32,812 nt of DNA from Candidatus Bathyarchaeia archaeon (lineage in GTDB: Archaea; Thermoproteota; Bathyarchaeia; Bathyarchaeales; Bathycorpusculaceae): the NCBI GenBank assembly GCA_049969855.1, contig JBMFOB010000014.1, positions 1 through 32,812 on the forward strand. The letters are read 5' to 3'. Both the position numbers and the translations under genes were made by a program. This document shows, piece after piece, positions 1 to 8,667 of the stretch (position 1 is its first letter; each line of letters opens with the position of its first letter). The notes under the pieces were generated by a model, which saw nothing but the letters and a program-made list of their open reading frames with translations, did no database searches and was not told the DNA's origin.

Positions 1-936
1 TTTTGAAAACTTCAGACACCCCAGCAGCCTTAATAACATTCCTCAACAAAAAAGCACCATAAACCGCAAATGTAACTCCATAAATCCCCCTATTCTTCAA
101 AGGCTTAACAAGAACCCCCACATTCGCCCTCGAAACCAAAATCAAAACCAAAATCCCAACAACCGTCGCAAAAAGAACATCAAAACCCTGCTGAGACAAA
201 TTAAACCCCACCAAACCCAAAAAAACAACCACAACAATCGTCGACAAAATCGGAGAAAAAGAAACAAAGAAACTCCACAAGTTTGAACCCAACCCATCCC
301 CATCAGGGTTTTCTCCACCCTTCACATTTGAAACTCCCCAAAAAGCCACAAGATACCCAACAACCGCCATAACAACAACAACCGGAACCTGACGCAGAAT
401 TATCAAAAACATAGGCACATTAGTAAGCGCCGCAGTCGCTATCAACACCTGACTAATAGGATAAACTGGAAAAATAGTATGCCTAAACCACAAATTCACA
501 TAAGTTTTCTTTTCCCGCGTCAACCCAACTTTTCCGTTTCAACATCCACTATAGGCGCAGACATCAACGCTCCACCAGCAACAGGCAAAAAACCAATCAC
601 AGCCGGAAGCACACTCGAAATCACTTTTGAATTCTTAACAATTCTGCCCAAACTCTCACTTAAACGCTTAATCACCCCCGTTTCACTGTAAAGCTGACTC
701 AAAAAAGTAATTCCAAAAGTTGCAAACACAACCAAAACCGCCTGCACACCCTCAACCGTTGAAAAATCAGTAGTGTCAAAAACCACCTTAGGAATACTTT
801 GCCAATCAACCGTAAGCAAAGCCAAAAGCAAAGCCGTCCCATTCAACGTTACCGCAAGATTCACACGCCTATACAACAACACCCCAAGAAAACAGAAAGC
901 AAGAATAACCGCCACTAAAGGATCTACAAACCCCAT
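1..936 (-). pseudogene. DUF401-family multi-pass membrane protein, broken by a 1-nt frameshift near 520 and running off the left edge
   Basis: ORF 520..936 carries LPAVIGFLPVAGGALMSAP and stops at GGT TGA. Adding one base restores ..EKLGLTREKKTYVNLWFRHTIFPVYP.., and that frame is open and hydrophobic down to base 2. Could be a real pseudogene or a sequencing error. Confidence 0.75.
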
Positions 937-1048
937 CTGTTAACTCTCACTTTCACCAAACGTTTAGAAAAAGCAAAATATCCACCCTCCTCTTAATTTT
1001 TTCCATCTAAAACAGACAAAATGCTCCCTGATCAAAAGATGATTAAAC

Positions 1049-1447
1049 ATGAAAAAGAAAATCTTCATTTCAGGCCCCATCCAATGCATGGAAAAAAAAC
1101 CAATCTTACAGGCAAGTCATCCGTGAAATCTGCGCTCGCCACGGTTACGAAACCATAGACCCATGGGAACGAGAAAAAACCATTTACAGAGAAACCGAAC
1201 ACAACTGGTGGAATAATGTTCCAGCAGCCGACTTCATAAAAAGAGACTTAGAAGACATGAAAAAAGCGATATTCTAATCGCCTATCTTCCAAAACTTTCA
1301 GCCGGAACATGCATGGAACTCTTCTACGCCAAACTCAAAAACAAACAAACCATCTGCATATGCCAAATCAAAACCCCAAGCCCATGGATAATCGCTCATT
1401 CAGACATAACCCTAAAAAAAATTAAAGACCTCGAAAAAGTGCTATAA
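1049..1447 (+). pseudogene. Nucleoside 2-deoxyribosyltransferase-like (NDT/Rcl fold) protein with two A-run frameshifts
   Basis: Not in the ORF track. Removing one A at 1092-1099 and adding one base at 1260-1265 gives MKKKIFISGPIQ..IDPWE..DFIKRDLEDMKKxDILIAYLPKLSAGTCMELFYAK..SPWI..KVL*. The FISGP / RD / SxGTxME pattern is typical of the family. Confidence 0.7.
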
Positions 1448-1556
1448 AAAACAAACCTTCACATAGAAAATTCTCATTTAAAATTTAGCTCCACAATCCA
1501 TTTATCAGAAAAGAAAATAAGAACCTTAACAGAATCTCTTCTAACCAGCCCCATAA

Positions 1557-1634
1557 GCGGTCGTAGTCTAGCCTGGTCTAGGACATCAGCCTGCCACGCT
1601 GACGACCCGGGTTCAAATCCCGGCGACCGCACCA
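1557..1634 (+). tRNA. tRNA-Gly (anticodon GCC), intronless, CCA encoded
   Basis: Acceptor stem GCGGTCG/CGACCGC followed by A-CCA; anticodon arm TCAGC-CT GCC AC-GCTGA; T-arm CCGGG-TTCAAAT-CCCGG (archaeal type). Confidence 0.97.
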
Positions 1635-1715
1635 ACAACCCATATTTTACACTAAAATGGATGCGATTTGTTTATGTTTAACCATCATGTTAGTATTCAG
1701 AGTTAAAAAGCGAGA

Positions 1716-2792
1716 GTGATATTGATGGAAACCAATAAGGGCTATATTACCATGTTGCATGGCGCCGGCGGAACCGTCATGCACGAGCTTGTTAGAAATT
1801 ACATAGTTAAATATTTTGGCGGTTCCGGTGATGCTGAGGTTCCACTGGAAGCCTTGGACGATGCTGCAGTTGTAGGTGATGTTGTTTTAAAAAGCGATTC
1901 CCATGCTGTTAAACCCATATTCTTCTCAGGCGGAGATATTGGACGCTTGGCAGTTTCCGGCACCGTTAACGACATTGCAGTTATGGGCGCTGAACCTTAT
2001 GCGCTAACTTGCGGCTTTGTTTTGGAAGAAGGCTTAGCCTTGGCTGATTTTGAAAGAATTTTGGCTAGCATGCAAAAAACATGCCAAGAAGCGGGCGTAA
2101 GCATTGTAACTGGCGATACTAAAGTTGTTGAGAAGGGAAGCTTAGGCGGCTGCATAATAAATACTTCTGGAATTGGCAGAAGAACCCAAGCCCTAAACAA
2201 AAATTTGAGGATTGTTAAACAGTTTAGAAAGAATTTTAATGCTCGGTGGATTTTAGACTCAAACTTGAAGGAAGGCGACAAAATAATATTGTCTGGAACC
2301 ATTGGCGACCATGGCTTAGCCGTATTATCTGCCCAAGAAGGACTAAGCTTTGGAAGCAGCATAAAATCTGATGTCAAACCCTTAAACCGCTTAATTCAGC
2401 GTTTATTAGGCGAAGTTGGCGGCATAACTGCAATGAAAGACCCAACAAGAGGCGGCTTAGCCGACGCGCTAAACGAGTTCAGCGAAAAATCAAACATTGG
2501 CATACTAATCCACGAAGAAAAAATTCCCGTAAGAGAAAATGTGCGAGCCGCATGCGAAATGTTGGGCTTAGACCCGCTTGAAGTTGGAAACGAAGGCAAA
2601 GTGATCATTGGAGTTGTGAAAGAAAAAGCCGAAGAAATTCTGGAACTTTTAAGGACAACCGAAGAAGGGAAAGAGGCGGAAATCATAGGCGAAGCCACAA
2701 AGGATTTTAAAGGCGTGGCTATGCAAACCGTTGTGGGCGGAAAAAGAATAATAGCCAGACCCGTAGGAGACCCAGTCCCAAGAATATGCTAA
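1716..2792 (+). CDS. hypE: Hydrogenase maturation carbamoyl dehydratase HypE (start may be ATG 1725)
   Basis: HGAGG, DDAAV, GGDIGRLAVSGTVND, GDTKVVE, MKDPTRGG, NEG and the terminal PRIC motif. Confidence 0.96.
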   Translation: MILMETNKGYITMLHGAGGTVMHELVRNYIVKYFGGSGDAEVPLEALDDAAVVGDVVLKSDSHAVKPIFFSGGDIGRLAVSGTVNDIAVMGAEPYALTCGFVLEEGLALADFERILASMQKTCQEAGVSIVTGDTKVVEKGSLGGCIINTSGIGRRTQALNKNLRIVKQFRKNFNARWILDSNLKEGDKIILSGTIGDHGLAVLSAQEGLSFGSSIKSDVKPLNRLIQRLLGEVGGITAMKDPTRGGLADALNEFSEKSNIGILIHEEKIPVRENVRAACEMLGLDPLEVGNEGKVIIGVVKEKAEEILELLRTTEEGKEAEIIGEATKDFKGVAMQTVVGGKRIIARPVGDPVPRIC

Positions 2793-2982
2793 CAAGCACA
2801 TGCATAAAATAGGTTTTAATGTCGCACGCTTAATGTACCATGCGTTCTTCTTTCGTGTTTAAACACGCTTATTACATCAAAGTAAGACGGTATCCAAATA
2901 AGAAACATCTGCAATCGTGCAATCATATTCGCACATTGTCAAATGATTTTAACCGAAAAGTGTTAAAAATAAGGATGGTGGT

Positions 2983-3522
2983 TTATGGTGGGGGCGGCGG
3001 AGGTTGTGGTGTGGTTGGTTGGGTGGCAGATGTCTTTATTGAGAAGAACGCAACAGCAACAAGTATCCAAGCTATAAGCATTAATATTACGCCGATAATT
3101 ATTATGGTTAAAATGGCACCTATGAGTAGCAGCAATCCAGCAGTATCAAACATTTTCTCTCCGGACTTCATGGAAAGAATGTTAAAAGACTTCTTAAAGA
3201 AAATGGCACCAAGTAAATAGAAAATGAACATGACGACCACAGCGATAATCACGCCTCCAATAAATGCGAGAGGATTTGCAAACATACCGCCGAAGAAAGC
3301 GCCAACTAAAACAAAAGCAGCAGCTACAACCGCTATTATGTAAAAGATTATCCCATAAAGTGCATTTTGAAATATAGCGTTTTCATTATAGTATTCAGTT
3401 AGGCCCTTGAGGGCTATCATCACCAATATTATTCCGACAATGCCTATTATTGGAACTATAGCTCCTATTGCAACTAGAAGTGCGCCTATGCCGCCTAATG
3501 TTTTGTTTGATTCTAAACTCAT
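2983..3522 (-). CDS. DUF996-like membrane protein with a Pro-rich C-terminus
   Basis: Several hydrophobic helices; KTLGGIGALL start, ALKGLTEYYNENAIF and SGEKMFDTAG patterns resemble archaeal DUF996 proteins. Confidence 0.75.
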   Translation of the reverse strand: MSLESNKTLGGIGALLVAIGAIVPIIGIVGIILVMIALKGLTEYYNENAIFQNALYGIIFYIIAVVAAAFVLVGAFFGGMFANPLAFIGGVIIAVVVMFIFYLLGAIFFKKSFNILSMKSGEKMFDTAGLLLLIGAILTIIIIGVILMLIAWILVAVAFFSIKTSATQPTTPQPPPPPP

Positions 3523-3601
3523 TTGTATAAAACCTCGCTGAGTGGTTTGTGTCTTCCAAATAAAAGCTTTTCTATGAATTCAAGGTCACGGCGATTTTTG
3601 C

Positions 3602-3748
3602 TCATCTTCTCTGGAGATAATTGTAGAGTTCTTTTGCATAGTTTACAAGGCTTTCAACACGTTTGCTTAACTCTTCAACTCTTACTTCAAGCTTAACAAT
3701 TCTTTCTCGCAACTCTGTAATCTCCTTCTTTAATTCTTCTTCAGACAT
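3602..3748 (-). CDS. 48-aa leucine-zipper/coiled-coil microprotein (not in ORF track)
   Basis: MSEEELKKEITELRERIVKLEVRVEELSKRVESLVNYAKELYNYLQRR*, with a GGTG RBS-like motif before the ATG, 25 nt downstream of the hypD stop. Confidence 0.8.
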   Translation of the reverse strand: MSEEELKKEITELRERIVKLEVRVEELSKRVESLVNYAKELYNYLQRR

Positions 3749-3773
3749 AAACACCAACCCAATTCTTTTTATC

Positions 3774-4862
3774 CTATCTTGTTATATTTATCGCCTTTGC
3801 CCATATTCTGCATGTTCCTTCTATGCTGACCATGCAGGCGCCTATTGGCTTTTGGGGCGTGCACGCCTTCATAAATAATGGGCATTCTGTTGGTTTTATT
3901 TTTCCTATTATGACGAGGTGGCATTTGCAGCCGTGTTGTATGTCGACGCCGCTTTCAACTTTCACATTATGCTTTAAGTTGGCATCGTAGGCTGCGTATT
4001 CCTCATCAAGAAGGAGTTTGGATTGCGTGATTGTTCCTATTCCACGCCAGTTGCCATCTGTAACGCTGAAAACTTTCTGCATGATTTTTTGTGCTTTAGT
4101 GTTGCCTTCCCAATGCACAGCCCGTGTATACTCGTTTTCTAGGCGTGGTTTGCCTTCGCTTAACTGTTTCAGAATCATGTAAACGCCAAATAAAACGTCT
4201 ATCGGTTCGAAACCAGTCACAACCGTTGGCATGCCATAATTTTTTGGAAAAACTTCGTAAGGCTTAAGCCCAATAATCGTGCTGACATGCCCAGGCGCTA
4301 TGAAACCGTTTAGGCTTAGATCCTTCATTTCAACAAGCATTTTCATGGCTGGAGGAATCAAACGATGCGAAACCAAGAAGCTAAGGTTTTCAGGAGGCTT
4401 TTTCAGAATTTCCACAGCTGTGGATGGTGCTGTTGTTTCAAAGCCAATGGCGAAAAAGGCAAACTCTTTACTCGGTTCTTTCTCAGCCATTTCGACAGCA
4501 TCACTAACGCTGTAAACAATTCGCACATCGGCGCCTTCAGCCTTAGCGTCTAAAAGCGACATTTTCGAGCCTGGAACCCGAAGAACATCACCAAAGCATG
4601 TTACGACAACGCCTTTTTTGGCTAGTTGTATGGCTTCGTCAACTTCTGATGCTGGTGTTACGCAGACTGGACAGCCTGGTCCAGCGATAACTTCAACATT
4701 TTTTGGCAGGAGGCTGCGGATGCCATAATGCATAATCGTCCATTCATGTGTGCCGCAGACGTGACAAATCTTGACTGTGGCTTTTTTTGGTGCCGTTTCG
4801 TGGATTTTTTCTGCTATGCGTTTTGCCAATTTTGGGTCTCTAAACCTTAACTTTTCAGCCAT
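3774..4862 (-). CDS. hypD: Hydrogenase maturation protein HypD
   Basis: CGTH, GPGCPVC, GFETT, PGHVS and the C-terminal PIGACMVSIEGTC motifs. Confidence 0.97.
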   Translation of the reverse strand: MAEKLRFRDPKLAKRIAEKIHETAPKKATVKICHVCGTHEWTIMHYGIRSLLPKNVEVIAGPGCPVCVTPASEVDEAIQLAKKGVVVTCFGDVLRVPGSKMSLLDAKAEGADVRIVYSVSDAVEMAEKEPSKEFAFFAIGFETTAPSTAVEILKKPPENLSFLVSHRLIPPAMKMLVEMKDLSLNGFIAPGHVSTIIGLKPYEVFPKNYGMPTVVTGFEPIDVLFGVYMILKQLSEGKPRLENEYTRAVHWEGNTKAQKIMQKVFSVTDGNWRGIGTITQSKLLLDEEYAAYDANLKHNVKVESGVDIQHGCKCHLVIIGKIKPTECPLFMKACTPQKPIGACMVSIEGTCRIWAKAINITR

Positions 4863-4873
4863 TTCCCTTTCAA

Positions 4874-5107
4874 CTACTGTTTAGTTTCGGTTTCTGCTTG
4901 GAGGATTTCATTCCATAAACTAATGGTTTCTAAAGCTTCTTTTTCACTTAAAACTTCAATTGCGTAGCCAGCATGAACCAGAACATAATCGCCAACCTTA
5001 GCGTTCACAAGCGTCACATTAACCTCTCTTAAAACGCCCTCTCCGAAATCCACTTGAGCTTTGTCTTCTTTGACGCTTATGACTTTCGCTGGAATAGCCA
5101 AACACAT
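4874..5107 (-). CDS. hypC: Hydrogenase chaperone HypC (77 aa; true start is ATG 5107, not 5317)
   Basis: MCLAIPAK N-terminus (Cys2) and GDYVLVHAGYAI; GGTGA RBS upstream. Confidence 0.96.
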   Translation of the reverse strand: MCLAIPAKVISVKEDKAQVDFGEGVLREVNVTLVNAKVGDYVLVHAGYAIEVLSEKEALETISLWNEILQAETETKQ

Positions 5108-5156
5108 CTTTATCACCATACTCGAAAAGCGTAACAAAAATAAATTGGTTATGGTT

Positions 5157-7433
5157 CTAAAGGAAGAATCCGCCCACGACAGTTTGACCAAAAGATAAGC
5201 CTCCATCACCAGGCGGAACAGCCTCATGAACCACAAATCGTAAACCTGCTTTTTCCACAATTTTCCGCATAGCCAAAGATAAAATTTGATTGCATGCAAC
5301 TCCACCGGAAAAACCAATGGTTTTGACGCCGTTTTCCACAGCTTTTTCTATTGCTAATGTTGCTAAGCCTTTAGCTAAGTAGGCATGGGCAGAATAGGCT
5401 AAATCTGCTTTGGATAGCTTTTCTTTGTTTGCGAATATTTCGTATAACATTTCCGTGGTATCTACCGCATCATTTTTTATTATTGGTTTTAGTTTCAGCA
5501 CTTCCCTGCCTTTTATGGCGGCTGATTCAAGTTTCATGGATGGTTCGCCCTCATAAGTGCGTTCATAACATATCCCCAAAACCGCCGCCACAGCATCCAA
5601 AACTCTTCCACAACTTGTTGTTTCAATTATGTTACTGCCTTTTTCAAGCTGTTGGAGGATTAATTGAATTTCGCTTTCGCCATGTGGAAAGTGCTGCTTG
5701 TTTTGTAAAAGCCAATCTTCAACATCCACTTTATTGTAAAGCATCCCAGATGCCATTCTAAGCGGATAACGAGTTGCCAAATCTCCGCCTATGAGCGGCT
5801 GTTTTTGAAGGTGCGCCACTCTTTTAAAATCTGAGTTTTCTCTTGTGGCGATTATGATTTCGCCTCCCCATGCTCCGCCGTCAACGCCATATCCGTATCC
5901 GTCACAGCATATGCCAACAATCTCGCTTAGGTTGTGTTCAGCCATTAATGCTGCGACATGCGCATAGTGATGTTGAACTTGAATTAGTTGCCAACCGTTC
6001 TCTTTTGCCAATTCTTGGGCTAGTTTTGTTGTTGTAAATTTCGGATGCAGATCGCATGCTACTGCTTCCACTTTGCTGTTTGTCAGCCGAATTAAGTGCT
6101 TTGTTGCGTTTTCCAAAAAATCTCTTGTTTCAATGTTTTCTACATCGCCTATATGTTGAGAAATGAAGGCTTTGTTTCCAAGCAAAACGCATGCGGTATT
6201 ATTCAGTTCTCCGCCTAAACCTACAACACACCGTTTAGCCTTTTCCTTAAGCATTATTGGAGCTGGAGCATAACCCCTTGAGCGTCTTATAAAAACTAAT
6301 TCCTTACCATGCATGCGCACAACAGAATCATCACATCTGTGGGCTATTCTGCGGTTGTGGAAAAGAAAATAGTCAACAGTTTCGCCCAGCCTTTGCAAAG
6401 CTTCATCATTATCCTTTATTATCGGCTGGTTTGGTGGATTTGCGCTTGTCATGACAAAAGCTGGTTCATCCACCCTGTCGAAAAGCATGTAGTGCAATCC
6501 CGTGTATGGCAACATAACGCCAACATTATGCAAGCCGGGAGCAATCAAATCTGAAAGATAATATTTCTCATTCTTGTTCAGCAGAACAATTGGACGAGTA
6601 TAAGAAGTTAGAAGCCTTTCTTCATTTTCGCTAACTTCCGCAAAGGTTTTGGCAGTTTCCAAACTTCTAGCCATTATGGCAAAAGGCTTCTGGCTTCTAT
6701 GCTTAACCCTTCTAAGCCTAACCAAAGGCTCATCCTTAAGGGTGGATGTTGCAACATGAAAACCCCCATAACCTTTTATGGCAACTATAAAACCTTCTGA
6801 AAGAAGTTTACCCGCATCCCTTATTGGATCCTTACACTCCATCAGTTGACCATTGTTATTTGTTAGATACGCTTTTGGTCCACACTTTGGACACGCCACT
6901 GTTTGAGCGTGAAAACGCCTATTCAACGGATCCACATATTCTCCATAGCAGAAGGGGCACATGGCGAAATCTCGCATAGTCGTGTTTTCACGGTCATAGG
7001 GCAAATCTTCAATTATCGTGTATCTTGGACCACAATCAGTGCAAGTTATAAAAAAATAATCGTGCCGTGGGTCTCTGGGGTTTCTAAGCTCTTTTAGGCA
7101 ATTGTCGCATATGGCTACGTCGGGCGGAATAACCGAACCTGAAAGCTCCGCCTCTTCAGAACTTTTGTAAATTTTGAACGTATCAAAGGATTCTTTTCCT
7201 TCTAACTTTTTTACTAAAATTTCGTGAATTTGCGCTAGAGGAGGCTTATTTTCTTTTAAATCCTTCAAGAATTGTTTTATTTGCCTCTCTTCTCCTTCCA
7301 GTAGGATTTCTACGCCAGCATCGCCGCGGTTTCTAACGTAACCCTTTAAACCATTTTTTACGGCAGTGCGATAAATGAATGGGCGAAAGCCTACGCCTTG
7401 AACTATGCCAGTAACATTAACTTTGACTCGCAC
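5157..7433 (-). CDS. hypF: Carbamoyltransferase HypF
   Basis: Acylphosphatase domain GIVQGVGFRPF, zinc-finger CxxC pairs, KGYGGFH, HHYAH, DGYGYG and PPGDGG. Confidence 0.97.
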   Translation of the reverse strand: MRVKVNVTGIVQGVGFRPFIYRTAVKNGLKGYVRNRGDAGVEILLEGEERQIKQFLKDLKENKPPLAQIHEILVKKLEGKESFDTFKIYKSSEEAELSGSVIPPDVAICDNCLKELRNPRDPRHDYFFITCTDCGPRYTIIEDLPYDRENTTMRDFAMCPFCYGEYVDPLNRRFHAQTVACPKCGPKAYLTNNNGQLMECKDPIRDAGKLLSEGFIVAIKGYGGFHVATSTLKDEPLVRLRRVKHRSQKPFAIMARSLETAKTFAEVSENEERLLTSYTRPIVLLNKNEKYYLSDLIAPGLHNVGVMLPYTGLHYMLFDRVDEPAFVMTSANPPNQPIIKDNDEALQRLGETVDYFLFHNRRIAHRCDDSVVRMHGKELVFIRRSRGYAPAPIMLKEKAKRCVVGLGGELNNTACVLLGNKAFISQHIGDVENIETRDFLENATKHLIRLTNSKVEAVACDLHPKFTTTKLAQELAKENGWQLIQVQHHYAHVAALMAEHNLSEIVGICCDGYGYGVDGGAWGGEIIIATRENSDFKRVAHLQKQPLIGGDLATRYPLRMASGMLYNKVDVEDWLLQNKQHFPHGESEIQLILQQLEKGSNIIETTSCGRVLDAVAAVLGICYERTYEGEPSMKLESAAIKGREVLKLKPIIKNDAVDTTEMLYEIFANKEKLSKADLAYSAHAYLAKGLATLAIEKAVENGVKTIGFSGGVACNQILSLAMRKIVEKAGLRFVVHEAVPPGDGGLSFGQTVVGGFFL

Positions 7434-7510
7434 TTTAAATCAGTTCTTCATTAAAGGAAAACACTACTCAATATATATTTTGATACTGCGGAAAGAAAAG
7501 GGTAATAATT

Positions 7511-7906
7511 TTATCCCTTTATATATGCTCCACAGTGTGGGCATCTCTGCTCGGTTATTTTGACTAAAGTTCCGCAATAAGGACAAGGAATTACTACAAC
7601 TTCTCTTTCTTTTATAATGACTTCCTTCTCTTCTTTTCTCTCTTTCTGAGGAAGAGACTGTAGATATTGCGTTAGTTGATTACATATATCTGTTGGGCTC
7701 TGACATTTTACTATGCAGTATTCTGGGTAATCTTCCAAAAAGATGGTTACATTTTCTGCTGTAAAAAAACCAGTTTTCTTGGTGCCATCGATTCGATTGG
7801 CTAAGACCGAGACGATAAAATCGTGTCCTTCAAGCCATGTTTTTATGAGTGGAACCAAGTCATACATTGTGTAATTTCTCAAAAGTGATGAAGACAACGA
7901 AATCAC
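7511..7906 (-). CDS. Hypothetical protein with a C-terminal zinc ribbon
   Basis: CPYCG-x9-CPHCG at the C-terminus; GTG start overlaps the upstream TGA stop (GTGA), suggesting translational coupling. Confidence 0.75.
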   Translation of the reverse strand: MISLSSSLLRNYTMYDLVPLIKTWLEGHDFIVSVLANRIDGTKKTGFFTAENVTIFLEDYPEYCIVKCQSPTDICNQLTQYLQSLPQKERKEEKEVIIKEREVVVIPCPYCGTLVKITEQRCPHCGAYIKG

Positions 7907-8331
7907 TGTTGTTTATTTTCTTGTTTCGCATACTTTAATTTAAAAGTACTAACTATTGGTTTTAAGCAAGCTCTTACCCAAGCTTTCATGTGTTCGCTGC
8001 AAGAAATAATATTTGCTATAGGTGGACTTAACGTATAATACAGTCTAACTAATTGTTTTCCAAGAATGTTGGGCTCCAATTCTTTATCTCTAAATTCTCT
8101 TAACAAGTTAATTTCTGAAGCCATTGGTGTTCCATAAGCAGCTGTGGCTATAAAACAAGCCCCTGCACACTTGGGACAATAAACTTTATCGCCTTTAAGT
8201 TTGGCACATTCGCTGCAAACATATTTTCCGCATTTAACACATTTACCCGCCATCTGACTGACCGGTTTCTTTTTGCCGCAAACATCACAAATATACTGGG
8301 GTTCGCTAACTATTGGTCCTTCTCTCGTCAT
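7903..8331 (-). CDS. B-box-like Cys8 zinc finger fused to a CFI-box-CTERM-like domain
   Basis: CDVC, CVKC, CSEC and CPKC, followed by CFIATAAYG..EINLLREFRD..GKQLVRLYY..SPPIA. Confidence 0.8.
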   Translation of the reverse strand: MTREGPIVSEPQYICDVCGKKKPVSQMAGKCVKCGKYVCSECAKLKGDKVYCPKCAGACFIATAAYGTPMASEINLLREFRDKELEPNILGKQLVRLYYTLSPPIANIISCSEHMKAWVRACLKPIVSTFKLKYAKQENKQQ

Positions 8332-8444
8332 ACTCGTACACTCTCTATAGAATTGGACTTATATGTTTAGGTATAACTTATAATTTTTTTGGAAAAATAT
8401 TTTTAATTCAAAAGCCATAATAAGAATCCAAAGTCGGGTTTAAG

Positions 8445-8648
8445 ATGGTTGAAGAAAAGAAACATGTTGGCAAATGCTTCGATTGTGGTGGGCCAACAGA
8501 ACTCGTTGAGCTAGATGTTAACAAGGGAACTAAGATTATGCGGTGTCAAGTCTGTGGGTTATTCCATTTTTATAAAAAAGATTTATTGGGTAGATGGAAA
8601 CTTCTCAAAGTTTCCAAGGTAGGTAGCGTTGAAGGCACTAATCTTTAG
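8445..8648 (+). CDS. Small zinc-ribbon protein
   Basis: CFDCGG ... CQVCG in a 67-aa basic protein, divergent from the preceding gene. Confidence 0.7.
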   Translation: MVEEKKHVGKCFDCGGPTELVELDVNKGTKIMRCQVCGLFHFYKKDLLGRWKLLKVSKVGSVEGTNL

Positions 8649-8667
8649 GGCAACAAAATACACTGGT

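Noticed and set aside
520-522. TGA in the DUF401 gene as selenocysteine or readthrough
   Set aside because: The continuation is in a different frame, and the same frame reaches another TGA seven codons later.
1557-1634. tRNA-Gly as an integration site
   Set aside because: No integrase and no duplicated tRNA 3' end; only a chance 8-mer (CGACCGCA near 24187) was seen.
1839-1850. ORB-like core GTTCCACTGGAA near the skew switch, and TCCAGTGGAAAC near 14841
   Set aside because: Both lie inside conserved coding sequence, lack a G-string and clustering, and no cdc6 is in the window.
2840-3220. 126-aa plus-strand ORF with a poly-Gly run
   Set aside because: Antisense shadow of the DUF996-like gene; the Gly run mirrors the Pro codons.
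5108-5317. 70-aa N-terminal extension of HypC in the ORF track
   Set aside because: It overlaps hypF, HypC needs Cys at position 2, and an RBS precedes ATG 5107.
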